This document shows positions 30,291-56,610 of a stretch of DNA of 64,000 nt, one piece after another (position 1 is the stretch's first letter; every line of letters begins with the position of its first letter). Source of the DNA: the human T2T-CHM13v2.0 reference genome, Homo sapiens. Location: the NCBI RefSeq assembly GCF_009914755.1, contig NC_060940.1; one strand, 5' to 3'. The translations under genes and the position numbers were made by a program. Under the pieces are notes generated by a model. The model worked only from the letters and a program-made list of their open reading frames with translations, ran no database searches and was not told where the DNA came from.

Positions 30291-30879
30291 TGACTCAGGT
30301 CTGGCCTCCCCCAGACCCTCACAGGGATACCCACGAATGGCGAGGTGCTTCACGCAGACCACTGGGCTGGAACAAGCCACATGGTGGATGCTGAGTTCCA
30401 GGTGACACTTGGATCGGGGCCAGGCAGCCCTCTTCCCCCGAAGCAGGGGATCCCTCTGCCCACTGTTGGCATAAAAGTAATCGGGGCTGTACGGACAGTG
30501 TGATGACCCTCCGCCCTCCCTTCTGGACTGAATGACTTGGGCTCCGACTGCTGGAATGTCCTGCGAATTGCCCGTGACTGAGGAGAGTTGCCTCATTCAA
30601 GGTCAAGGTCAAGTTCACATCCCCTTTCTGGGTTCTACTTGGAGGTGGCTGAGGCAGGGGGAGAATCTCAGCCTGTTCCCTGAACCCAGGTCTGAAGTGG
30701 AGGTTGGGTGAGGCCGTGCTCCGGCCTGTGGCACAGCCCAGCGTCTCCCGGGCATGTCCAGCTTCTGCACTTCCCCACGCGAGCTGACAAGGGCACCTGA
30801 GTAATCTCTGCATGCTCCTCTCCATCTCAGAGTGTTCGTCCTAGGGAGCCCTGTCTTTGGCAGTAGCCGCCCTTGTATT

Positions 30880-31190
30880 CTTTTTTTCTTTTCTTTTCTT
30901 TTCTTTCTTTTTTTTTTTTTTCTGAGACATAGTCTTGCTCTGTTGCCCAGGCTAGAGTGCAGGGGTACCATCTCGGTTCACAGTAACCTCTGCCTCCCGG
31001 GTTCAGGTGATTCTCCTGCCTCAGCCTGCTGAGGAGCGTGCCACTACACCTGGCTAGTTTTTGTATTTTTAGCAGAGACAGGGTTTCACCATGTTGGCCA
31101 GGCTGGTTTTGAACTCCTGACCTCAGGTGATCCACCCACCCCAGCCTTCCAAATTGCTGGGATTATAGGTGTGAGCCACTGTGCCTGGCC
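30880..31190 (-). mobile_element. AluS
   Basis: TSD CCTTGTATTCTTTTTT on both sides. Confidence 0.9.
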
Positions 31191-31194
31191 GCCT

Positions 31195-31610
31195 TGTATT
31201 CTTTTTTGCAGCTGCCAAAACAAATGACCACAAACTGGGTGGCTTAATCCACAGAAATTTATTCTTATACAGTTCTGGAGGGCTGAGGTCCAAAATCAAG
31301 GTGTGAGCAGGCCACGCCGCCTGCAGAGGCTCTAGAGGAGGGTCTGTCCTGCCTCTCCCAGCTCCAGGCCTTCCTGGGCTTGTGGCTGCATCTCTCCAGT
31401 CTGCCTCCGTCTTCACATGGCCTTCTCCTCGGAGTCTCTGTATCTGTCCTTCTCTTCTAAGGACTTGTCATAGGGCCCACTGTAATCCAGGATGATCTCA
31501 TCGCGAGAGCCTCAGCTTAATCACATCTGCAAAGATCCTTACTCCAATAGGATCGCATCCTGGAGGTTCCAGGTGGACGTATCTTTTAGGGGAGGCCGCA
31601 ACTGAGCCCT
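31195..31610 (-). mobile_element. MLT1 (MaLR) LTR
   Basis: accacaaactgggtggcttaa...cagttctggagggctgaggtccaaaatcaaggtgt...aatccaggatgatctcatc. Confidence 0.8.
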
Positions 31611-31959
31611 CGGCCGCAGTCCAGGCTTCTGTTTCTATGGCAACACTAAGAGCAACCGGTGAGCTCCAGGAAGGGCGGGGTCTTGGTTGCATTTGTCTCT
31701 GGGCCTCCAGGAGTTCCTCAGAAAGGGTGGCAACATGAATAGTCCCATCTGCCACCGCCGTGAACTGTCCTCTCTTGATGGTGCTGAGAGCAACATGCAG
31801 TGTGCAGGGAAGACGCAGACCCCACCCCCACACCAGCACCCCCAGTGCTGCAGCCAAAGGAGTTTCCAGCTCGGCCCTGCCCCTCTAGGGTGAGCAGGTG
31901 AGCAGGCCAGCTTAGGAGAGAAAGGAGGCCTGATGGCTTGGTTGGATGTCTTTTGAAAC

Positions 31960-32281
31960 TTTTCTTTTTTTAAGACAGAGTCTTGCTCTCTTGCTCAGGC
32001 TGGATTGTAGTGGCTCAATCACGGCTCACTGAAGCTTCAACCTTCTAGGCTCAAGCAATCCTCCCACATCAGCCTCCTAGTGGCTGGGACTAGAGGCATG
32101 CACCACCACATCTGGCTAATTAAAAACAAACAAACAAACAAACAAACAAACAAAAAAACCCTGTAGAGATGGGGTCTCACTGTGATGCCCAGGCTGGTCT
32201 CAAACTCCTGGGCTCAAGTGATCCTCCAGCCTTGACCTCCCAAAGCACTGGGATTACAGTTGTGAGCTACCACATCTGGCG
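31960..32281 (-). mobile_element. AluJ with (AAAC)n in the linker
   Basis: Alu consensus. Confidence 0.88.
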
Positions 32282-32436
32282 GTCTTTTGAAACTTTCTAC
32301 CGAGGATAAAGAGTAACTATTTTCCACCAGGGAAGCTGTCAAGGTTGAAGTTTTAAGGGCTTCTGTGTGGGCCAAGCCAGTCACAGGTACCTTCCCAGGA
32401 ATGTAGGGCCCTGAGATATCAACTGGGAGACAACAT

Positions 32437-32822
32437 GTATGAGTCAGTATTCTCCAGAGAAACAGAGCCAATGGGATGTGTATAGATACACAGAAAGAGG
32501 TTGAGTATGAGGAACTGGCTCACATGGTTACGGAGGCAGAGAAGTCCCAAGATTTTCCATCTGCACGCTGGAGGTGTGGTTCCAATCCAAACTCAAATGA
32601 CTGGGAATTGCGGGGCCCATGGGTTAAGTCCTTGTCTGAGTCCAAAGGCCTGAGAACCAGAAGCGCCAATGTCAGAGAGCAGGAAAAGAAGGATGTCCCA
32701 GTTGGAGCCGAAAGAATTCACCCCTCCTCAGCCTTTTTGTGCTATTCAGGATTGTACCTGCCCACCTGCATTGGTGAGGGTGATCTTCTATATTGAGTCT
32801 GCTCCAATTCAAATGCTAAGCT
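32437..32822 (-). mobile_element. MLT2 (ERVL) LTR fragment
   Basis: ttctccagagaaacagagccaat...gaggaactggctcacatggttacggaggcagagaagtccc. Confidence 0.7.
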
Positions 32823-32824
32823 CT

Positions 32825-33565
<741 letters not shown>

Positions 33566-34545
33566 CAAACCAAATCAAATCAAAAGGCAGCAACTGAGAA
33601 AGACATTCATCTTCAAGGAAGATGCAGGTGGCTGCTGAGAGAGAGGCGGGTTTCGGCACGTGGCCATGTGTGCCTACTCATGGAAGTTCCCCAGAAGACC
33701 TTTGTTCGTGGAAGTGATGAGGCTGTGATTCCATTTGTGTGGCGCTTTCTCTCTTTGCCCCATGCCCCCCTCTCCCCTCTGTGATGTCCATGGGCAACGG
33801 GGGGCCTTGGAAGAACCTGGGAATGAGGCTGAGTCCCAGCCTGGAGCCTGCATCTCATTGCCTGTAGAGCGAGGCCGATCTCGTCACCTCCTGCCAGTTG
33901 TCATGAGGCTCAGATGAGGTGATGGGGAGAGAGGATGCAGCACAGCAAACTGGGCTTTCGACCCGGGAGGGGCCACGTGGCTCATCTACAGGCTTTGCCA
34001 CCACTAGCAGGCAACTCTGGGCAAGCTGGGTTCTCAGAACCTGGATTTCCTCTTGCTAAGAAGTCGTGAGCATCTAAGGAGCGTAGGCGCTGCCCACCGA
34101 ATGGTGGTTACCAGATCATGGAAAGCAATGAGCTCAGTGCCTAGTGCATAATGGGGGCCCTGCGTGTGAATCCTTTCCCTTCCTTAGGGCCACTCGGTGG
34201 TACATGAAGAAGCCATGAGAGCAGGGATGAGGCTGCCTTTGAGTGTCCTGGGCTGGGTGGCCATAGGGTAGACTGCAGGGGGCCCAGGTGGGGACCGGCA
34301 TCCATGAACTGTGTCTTGGTCACCAACTCACTGTGAATGTATGGCTTCTACTAACTCTGAGGCACATGGATGTTTAATGACTTGCCCAAGCCCAGCCCCA
34401 GCTGAAACTGCAGCGTCCTGTCTACCGTGGGCTCTAAATGATGATGAAATCATGTTTGGTCCACAAGACTCATGACCCTTAGAATCCCTTAAACTGCAGC
34501 ATGCATGATTTTGTGCATCCATGCACAGATGCGTGGACTGTGTAA

Positions 34546-35873
<1,328 letters not shown>

Positions 35874-36704
35874 AAGATAAATACTGAATGCTTAGCGCCA
35901 AATAGCAGATGAATAAGGAGGGCTGATGTCTGCAGGGTTTACCCCATTGCGTTGTACAACAGGCCTTGGCAGCCCTAAAACAAGCAGACGGGTTGTTTGT
36001 CACCGGGATCAGGAGACAGCAGAGCTTTGTCAAGCTGCCTTGCTGGGGTGAGCTGCAGTGGGAGTTGGACTCTCCCACGACACAGAGACGGATGCAAGAT
36101 CCAGGACTCGCGCCTCCTTGGTGCTCTCCTGCTACCTGGTGGCCTCTTCTTTCCTTTAGTCCTCTGTCCCTCTTCCACTTCTCTCTGCCTCCTCCACCCG
36201 TTCCTGCAGGCGTCTGGCCATCACCTTCGATGGGTGCTTCTGTTCCTCTTTACCACTCTGAACCCTCCAAAATAGCCCCCATGCAAACCAGGACGTATAT
36301 GACCTCCCACGGGCAACAACAACAGCGGAGTTTACCTACTTCAATTGCAAGACGCTCCTTGGAGGGTAGAAACAGTTCTGGGACAAACGCATTTGATGTG
36401 AATGGGCCCCACTCTCTCCTGATCCACAAAGCTTCCTGTCCTGCCCTCTTGAGGGCCCTGACCTCATCCTTCCCTCTCAGTCCAGCCTCTCTCGGGAGTT
36501 TGACTTGTATGGTGCAAATTGAAGGCCCACATAGAGTAAGAATGGATCTTGATGGGGTCACAGCACACCTGGACTGATGGCGAGAAGTCCAGCCCTGTAG
36601 AAGTAGTCCTAGGGCCACACCATGACAATTAATGTGCAAAACGTGGCCACCCCTCTGAATGGTGACAATGGTGACAATAGTTGGACCATCCTCCAACAGC
36701 AGAC

Positions 36705-36915
36705 ACCCACTGAGTGCTTACCCTATCGGGAGGGCTGAGTCAAGCTCTCTCTACGCATGATCTTGTTGACTCCTCACAACCGCTCTGGGAAGTAGATGCC
36801 CCTATTCCCCTTTTACGAATGGATCACCCTAAGCTCAGGAACATATCCAAGGACAGCAGGACACCAAGGCCCATCCGATCTCACAGTGACAGCATTGAGT
36901 CCCACACCGCACAGA
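36705..36915. mobile_element. MIR
   Basis: ctgagtgctta...tcctcacaaccgctctgggaagtag...tattccccttttacgaatgga. Confidence 0.6.
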
Positions 36916-37839
36916 GGGCGGGGCTGGCACACTCCCCACAGCGTGGGGAATCTGCACTTAATTGCATAGCAGGGAGTGATCACACAAGTTCTGTCACATA
37001 CCAACACTGCACGCCCCTCTGGCTCTTCCACCACGAAGCACGTCCTGGTGATGGACGCAGGGCAGGGAGAGGAGGAGAGAGGAGACCTCGGGTTCTGCCT
37101 TCCCCAGCCCCTCTCTGCTGGGCACATGGAGATCCACCTGGCAGTTGGCCCCTCTGGGCCTTGAGCCAGTCTGGAACAGGCAATGTACCGTTCGGTGGCA
37201 TCTGGACCCATGTTTGTGCCTTAAGCATGACAGGTGGCCCTGGCTCAAACTTCCTGGGCTCCTTCTCCCTGTTTCCTGATGGGGGAAACCCTAGTTTTGG
37301 GCCCAGGCTGGGACCTGGGATGGACTCAGATGCTTTGGAAATGTATGTTGGGCTGGTGGGTCGGGCCTCACCAGAAGCTTGTGCACAGGCCAAGGAGCTT
37401 CCAGGAAATCACTCACCCGTGGAAGGGAGGAGCCAGGCCCAGTGAGCTGACCTGGAATAGTTAGTTACATGGCCTATCACATACCAACACCGCACACCCC
37501 TCTGGCTCTTCAGACCCTGTGGCATACGTAGCCAGGGAGCAGGAGGAACCTGGGGGTGCATATACGCCATAAGTAAAGATGAGCTGATTTACCCTATAAA
37601 ACAGGGCACAGACACTGCTTTGGTGATGATAGTAGCCACCAGTAGTCCAGAGAGAGCAGATGCAGCCTGGTGAAGCCGTAGCAGCCAATTTGTTTGAGTG
37701 CACACATAGACACAGCCTTCAGTGACATCTTCTCAGGGGCTGTAGCAAGGTCAGGGTGAGAGCTGGCCGGGTTATGACTGCCTTCTTCCCATGAGGGCAG
37801 CATGCACCAGAGAAAGGACATGGGCTCTGGGGAGCTTGG

Positions 37840-38108
37840 TTCTTTTTTTTTTTTTTTTTTTTTTGAGACAGAGTCTTACTCCCATCACCCAGATCACCTA
37901 GGCAGGAGTGCAGTAGCACAATCATGGCTCATTGCAGCCTTGACCTCCTGGTATCAAGTGATCTTCCTGTCTCATTTTTTTTATTTTTGGTAGAGACAAG
38001 GTCTAACTATGTTACCCAGGATGGTTTCAAACGCTTGGACTCGAGTGATCCTCCTGCCTCAGCCTCCCAAAGTGCTGAGATGACAGGCATGAGCCACTAC
38101 ACCTGGCC
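37840..38108 (-). mobile_element. AluJ
   Basis: Alu consensus with internal deletion. Confidence 0.85.
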
Positions 38109-38207
38109 GGGAGCTGGATTCTAATCTCATTCGCACCACTTCCTTGTGTGTGATCTGGGGCAAGTTAATTAAAGACTCTTAAACTGGGATGTGAATGCCG
38201 CTGCCTG

Positions 38208-38736
38208 CTGTGGTTTAAAATATATCCACAACAAACTCTTTGATATTCCTCCCTTTAAGAGGTGGAGCCTCATCCCCTGCCGTTGAATGTGGGATGGAAT
38301 TAGTGGATCACTTCTAAATGATAAGGCAGGGGTGACACTGTGTGACCTTGGGGACTGGTCATAAAAGGCCTGTGGGTTCCTACTTTTTCCCTCCCTTGCT
38401 CTCAGATCCCTCCTCTGGGGAAAACCAGCTGCTATGTCATTAAAACAGCACTGTGTTGGCCACTGGTGAAGACCAAACCCTCCAGCCAGCAGCCACAAGA
38501 AGGCGCCATCTTGGAGGTGGCTCCTCCAGCCCCAGTTGAGCCTTCAGATGATAGCAGCCCCAGCCGACATCGTAAATGCAACCTCACAAGAGACCCTGAG
38601 CCAGAACCACCTGGATTAAAACGACCATGATGTTCCTGAATTCCTGACTACAGAAACTGTGAGATAATGAATTTTTGTTGTTTTAAGCTAATATGTTTTG
38701 GGGGGTAACTTGTTACACAGCAATCGATAACTGATA
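38208..38736 (+). mobile_element. MLT1E/F-type MaLR LTR
   Basis: Begins tgtggtt...aagaggtggagcc and ends ttgttacacagcaatcgataactgata. Confidence 0.78.
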
Positions 38737-39399
38737 GACTCATCTGCAGGTACGTGCCAGGATTTACCGAGCCAACATACACAAGGCGCCAGATGTCCAC
38801 TGGACCCTCAGTCTGATCAGCTCCTTGCCACACTGAGGTCTCAGCAGCCCCTTCCTCATGGCGGCAAGGTTTGGACTGTGGTTATGCCCACTCAGGGGCC
38901 AGCCCTCCAGCCAGGTTCCTGGCTGCCCCCTCCTTTTCCCCAGGCTTGCCTTTCCCCTGGCCTTGCCCACGAGAGACCCTGTCACACTGGGGAGGCCTGT
39001 GCTCTCTTCTAAACAAAGGATCAAAGAAATCGGTTTGTATGCTGTTAAACATTTAAAAAAATTTTTTTTAAAGAGATGGGGCTCTTACTATGTTGCTTGG
39101 GCTGGACTCGAACTTCTGGCCTTGAGCAATCCTCCCACAGCAGCCTCCCAACTACCTGGGACAACAGGCACACCACTGTGCCTAGATCATATCACTTTTT
39201 GCACAAAACCCTTCCATGGTTTCCCTTTACCCTTACAGTAAAAATCCCAACCCGTGGCCGGGCGTGGTGGCTCACGCCTGTAATCCCAGCACTTTGGGAG
39301 GCCAAGACAGGAGGATCACGAGGTCAGGAGATCAAGACCATCCTGGCTAACATGGTGAAACCCCATCTCTACTAAAAATACAAAAAATTAGCCAGGCGT

Positions 39400-40470
39400 T
39401 GTTGCAGGAAGTCAGGGACCCCAAATGGAGGGACTGGCTGAAGCCATGGAAGAAGAAGGTGGATTGTGAAGTTTTCATGGACATTTATTAGTTCCCCAAA
39501 TTAATACTTTTATAATTTCTTATGCCTGTCTTTACTGCAATCTCTAAACATAAATTGTAAAGATTTCATGGACACTTATTACTTCCCCAATCAATACCCT
39601 TGTGATTTCCTATGCCTGTCTTTACTTTAATCTCTTAATCCTGTCAGCTGAGGAGGATGTATGTCACTTCAGGACCCTGTAATAATTGCATTAACTGCAC
39701 AAATTGTACAGCATGTGTGTTTGAGCAATATGAAATCTGGGCACCTTGAAAAAAAAACAGGATAACAGCAATTGTTCAAGGAATAAGAGAGATAACCTTA
39801 AACTCTGACCACCCGGTGAGCCGGGCAGAACGGAGCAATATTTCTCTTCTTTCAAAAACAAATGGGAGAAATATCGCTGAATTCTTTTTCTCAGCAAGAA
39901 ACATCCCTGAGAAAGAGAATACACGCCTGGAGGTATAGGCCTATGAACGGTCCCCCAGGTGCGCCTGTCTTTTATGGTCGAGACTGCAGGGGTGAAATAG
40001 ACCCCAGTCTCCCATAGCGCTCTCAGGCTTATTAGGAAGAGGAAATTCCCGCCTAATAAATTTTGGTCAGACGGTTGATCTCAAAACCCTGTCTCCTGAT
40101 AAGATGTTATCAATGACAATGGTGCCCAAAACTTCATTAGCAATTTTAATTTCACCCCGATCCTGTAGTCCTGTGATCTCGCCCTGCCTCCACTTGCCTT
40201 GTGATATTCTATTACCTTGTAAAGTATTTGATGTCTGTGACCCACACCTATTCGCACACTCCCTCCCCTTTTGAAAATCCCTAATAAAAACTTGCTGGTT
40301 TTTGCGGCTTGTGGGGCATCACGGAACCTACTGAAAATATGATGTCTCCCCCGGACGCCCAGCTTTAAAATTTCTCTCTTTTGTACTCTGTCCCTTTACT
40401 TCTCAAGCCGGCCAACGCTTAAGGAAAATAGAAAAGAACCTACGTGAATATCGGGGCATGTTCCCCAATA
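39400..40470 (+). mobile_element. MER11 LTR (HERV-K11/HML-8), full length ~1.07 kb
   Basis: Starts TGTTGCAGGAAGTCAGGGACCCC; AATAAA at 40283; ends ...TCGGGGCATGTTCCCCAATA. Confidence 0.88.
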
Positions 40471-40654
40471 TCTGGCACCCACATGGTCTTTCTTTTTTCC
40501 TAAGTGCTTGAGGGAACCCGATTCCCTTTGGCAGGCGCGGTGCAACGTCAATTGGCTTGGTCCACAGATAACGCGTGTTCGACTCCCTGATGAGTGGTGA
40601 GTAGTCTGTGTAAGGTCTGGGTTAACTGCAGGTCATGCATAGTCTAAGCTCGAT
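40471..40654 (+). mobile_element. HERV-K11 internal leader remnant (PBS and splice donor)
   Basis: TGGCACCCACATGG, a degenerate tRNA-Lys PBS, lies 2 nt after the LTR; G|GTGAGT at 40596-40602. Confidence 0.72.
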
Positions 40655-42063
40655 CCCGGGAGGCGGAGCTTGCAGTGAACCGAGATTGCACCACTGCACT
40701 CCAGCCTGGGCTTCAGAGCCAGACTCCGTCTCAAAAAAAAAAAATCCCAACCCGTGACCATGGCTACAAGACTCCTATAATATACCCCAAACCCCATGAT
40801 GTGACCATTCATGATGTTCCTCTCTGTGCCCTGCAAACTCACCAGATCACCACACTTTGTTTCTCTGATGCAAACCGTTCTTCTACCCGATCGTCACGGC
40901 TGCCTTCTTTCCTGTTGTTCTCATCTTTACTTAGTGTCACCTTCTCAGAGCATGCCCCACCCCAGGTCCTCTTGACCACAACACCTCATCATTTTTAGCA
41001 CCAGCTAAAATATCCTGTGTGCATGATTATTGTTTGAAGCCAGCCCTTGCACGGAAACTCCTTCAGAGCAGAGCTCTGCTGTGCTTGCTCCAGGGTCTGG
41101 GAGAGACACACAGCAGAGATTTGTGAGCTAATAAATGTGTGAGACACACAACAGACACTTGACAAATGTTTGTGGGCTGGAGAGCTTTTTGATATCAATC
41201 ACATTCCCTTTTAAAAGCTTTGGAGGTGCTCCAGGTTCCAGAGGAGCCATCTGGAAAACCCTTCCATGAAGGAAGTTAATCACTTTCAGCCCTTCTTCCA
41301 GAGCAAAGTGCTTACAACCTTTCTTAGTTGCATCATGATCATTTTAATCCAGGAAAGTTCTTATTAGGGGTTTGCAAATGCTGGTGTTCTAAGGGGAGCT
41401 ACATCTTTCCCTGATTTAGTTCCGGGTAACACACATGGACTGGAACACCATGATTTTTTCCCTTGGGTAGGTTTTCATGTGGGGTCTGTCAGGCCAGCTG
41501 GCCCTCTGTGCGGAACAAGGATCCAGTGACTGCACGGTTGTAGGCCGCAAACCTTTTCCCCAGGACTGCTGTGGATTTGGGGTCAGTCCAAGGTATATAG
41601 GACAGGCACAGCTGGAAACACCTATGGGGGACACCCTGGAGGAGCCTTTGACCCAAGGGAGCCGGTGGGACTTGAACACCAAGTAGGACTCTGAGCAGGG
41701 GAAGGCATGGGCTGAGCCACCCAGCAGGGATCCCACCGCCACGGTGGAGCTGGGTCCCAAAGGCTGCCCTGTTACCGGCTGGCTGCAGGGAAGTCCAGGG
41801 GTCCCTGGGGTAGGGGATGGAATGGCAGGGAGGCCTATGGGGCCTAGCCACATTGGAGTATTCACAGATTTCAACACCTAAACTAGCTGAACCGGGGCTC
41901 GCCAGACCCTGCCTTGGCCTCCCCACTGGCCAAAGACCCGGCTGTCCTCTGCCTGCTTCTCCATGTCCAGCCGCGCTGGCCTCCAATCCACTCCTCGAAG
42001 ACACTGTGCTCCCTCGGGGCTTCACACACACTGGCTGTTTTCCCTAGGAGCTGCCCGACCTGA

Positions 42064-42494
<431 letters not shown>

Positions 42495-43145
42495 AATGTG
42501 TCCATTTCATAATCCCACAGTGAGGACGTTTCCCACTCAACCGACTCCAGAATTATTTTTCTCACTATTCTCTCACCAACTTCTCATTAAACAGTTGCCG
42601 AATGAACATTCGAATGAATGGACAGACCCAAAATTCGCGGCCTCTTGTGTATCCCGTGAATCCTTCTCTGGCTATGCCTCCTGGTAGGGAGTTTACCACT
42701 CTTGGGGTCTAGAAAAACAGGTTCTGTGTGGATGCTGGGACCTCAGGGGTCCTTCCCAGGGTAGCACCGAGAGCCCACGTGGGCTGGCTGTACTGGACAG
42801 GAGATTCTGCCAGAGAACATTAGGGGCCAAGCCGCAAAGCCCCAGTGTGGAGGTCCCGGCTGTTGCAGGGGAAAGTTGCCCAAGAGACGCTTGGTGAGCT
42901 GATGAGACCTTTTCTCCCAGCGATAAGACCTCCTTCGGCTCACCTGCACCTGTCTTGCAGCACAGACGTGAGAGCTACATCTGTGAAACATTGTTGGCGT
43001 TGCCTTTACCCAAACAATCAACCTGCTTTGTCTCTCCATCCTTTTGATTGTTCTACCAGGATTTTTTCCCCTATAGAAAGATTTCATCTTTCCTGAGTGG
43101 CTGGAAAGGTGGTAAAACAAACAAAGTGTTAAAAGGCGTTTAATG

Positions 43146-43538
<393 letters not shown>

Positions 43539-44359
43539 TCAATTCTTCAAATCGCCTAAACTGGGAAGGTATTGGCCAGATAGTTTCCAGAAGGAACTCT
43601 CCCGCAGCTGAAGGCAATTCTCCCAGCCTTGGCAGCTGCTTGGAGTAACACGCACACCTTCTTGGTGTTAACCTCCTTTGACATCGTGCAAATGGCCGAT
43701 ACTTACCTGGTTGCAGTGGGGCCCCTGCCACGCACTGTCCCGGGCGGAGAGGCATCTTTGGCTTGCCGGGTCCATGAGCTGCCAATCATCATGCAGGAAA
43801 CCAACTCGCTGGCCAGACCTCCTGCATAAATGCCCTGGAGCAGCCACCAGAGCCCAGAAGTTGGACAGGGCAGGGAGGAAGCCGCTGGCAGAATGAGGAA
43901 AACCTGTTCTGAGATGGGAGGTGGGAGGTGGGAGATGTTGCGCTGGGAAGGGAAACTCCGTGGAGGGGTTGGGTGGTCCTGGCTCATCTTGACCCTTGCC
44001 TGTCTGGAAGGGGGATTTTTAAAAAACTGGATGGAAATTGGACAAGATGTACTTGTTTAATGGGGAAAGATGAGGTGAGTGATTTTAAGTGTTAGAGAAC
44101 AATCTGGGAAACCTGCCCCTTAAGGAAAACCTGATATGGGGGAAAATTCCCACAAAGCTGAGAGGAAGCAGGTGCCAGTCTCGCTGATGCAGACTGGGGA
44201 GCATCTTTCTCTCTGCAGAATGTGCTCAGGGGTTCACCCCCAGTCTGTAATTGAGGGTGAGGCAGGGAAGCTGAAAGCAGCAGCAGCAGAAGTCCGCCCA
44301 AAGGTGGCTGTGGTTCCAGCCCGGTCAAGAACGGCGGATCCACTCCTTGGCAGGGAACT

Positions 44360-46070
<1,711 letters not shown>

Positions 46071-46356
46071 GAATTTTGGGTCAGGGAGTCTGTTTTTAGT
46101 CTGTGTGGTAGGATCTCCTATAATCCCTCCAGCTGTCTGTGAAATGATTGACCTGGACTGGATAGGGCTAACAATAAAGGAATTTCTTGTTATAGTAAGT
46201 GCATAAGATAAGGGTACAAATTCTACTCTGAGGCACCCATGAAAAGTGAGGGCTAGGAAAAAAAATATCACCCTGAACATTCAGACTAAAAACAATCAAT
46301 ACATAATTGATTGTGCAACAATCTGCAGTAATATAAGAGACAGCTTAAAAAGAAAC

Positions 46357-50130
<3,774 letters not shown>

Positions 50131-50149
50131 AACTTTTGCTCACTTTTCA

Positions 50150-55272
<5,123 letters not shown>

Positions 55273-55394
55273 AGGACCAGATCAGTTATCTGTTTTGCCA
55301 TTTTCTAACTGTGTGACCTTGGATAAGATACTTAACAACTCTGAGCTTGACTGGCACGATCCCCAGGCATAAAGGGGGATATAGTTTTATCTCA

Positions 55395-56109
<715 letters not shown>

Positions 56110-56234
56110 TCAAAAATAAAGTTTTTAAAAATGATAGTGTGGATCTGTATATCCGCATATAAGGAAGGAACTCCATGACACATAAGGGAATGAACAAAGC
56201 GAATCCCAATTCAGTATCAGTGTGCCTCAATCCT

Positions 56235-56610
56235 CATGCATCAGAATCCCTGTGTGATTCGCGTCTCATTGTTCTCCAGTGAGACCCAGGCACTGGCATT
56301 TAAAAACAAACTAAAAACAAACAAAGAAAGCAAACAACAGTTATTGTCATATGCAGCCCTGCGCTGAGAACCCGTGGTAATAAAAACAGCTACAGCTATT
56401 ATTTTGGACTTACAATGTAGCCGACATGGTTCTGAACACTTTGTTTACAGCAACTCACTGAATCCTTACAACAACTCCAGGAGGAAGGTTCGATTCTCAC
56501 CACCCCCCCATTCACAGATAAGAAAAATGAGGCTCAGAGAGTTTACGCAGCTTGTTTATAATCACGCAGCTAGTGGATGGTGGGGGTGGCACTTACGGGA
56601 TCCAGGCAGA
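56235..56610. mobile_element. MER5-like fragment (56235-56375) and MIR (56400-56610)
   Basis: tgcatcagaatccc...tgagaacc; cattcacagataagaaaaatgaggctcagagag. Confidence 0.6.

Larger units (their letters stand above)
39256..40744 (+). mobile_element. AluY interrupted by a proviral insertion (left part 39256-39399, right part 40655-40744)
   Basis: TSD AAAATCCCAACCCGT at 39241-39255 and 40741-40755 brackets the whole composite. Confidence 0.9.

Noticed and set aside
43699-43710. U1 snRNA gene or pseudogene (ATACTTACCTGG)
   Set aside because: The match stops after 12 nt and the U1 body does not follow. It is better read as a minus-strand splice donor.
46075-46355. 280-bp unassigned segment with an 83-aa minus-strand ORF, as a possible pseudogene fragment
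   Set aside because: No recognisable homology, poly(A) or TSD; cannot be supported without a search.
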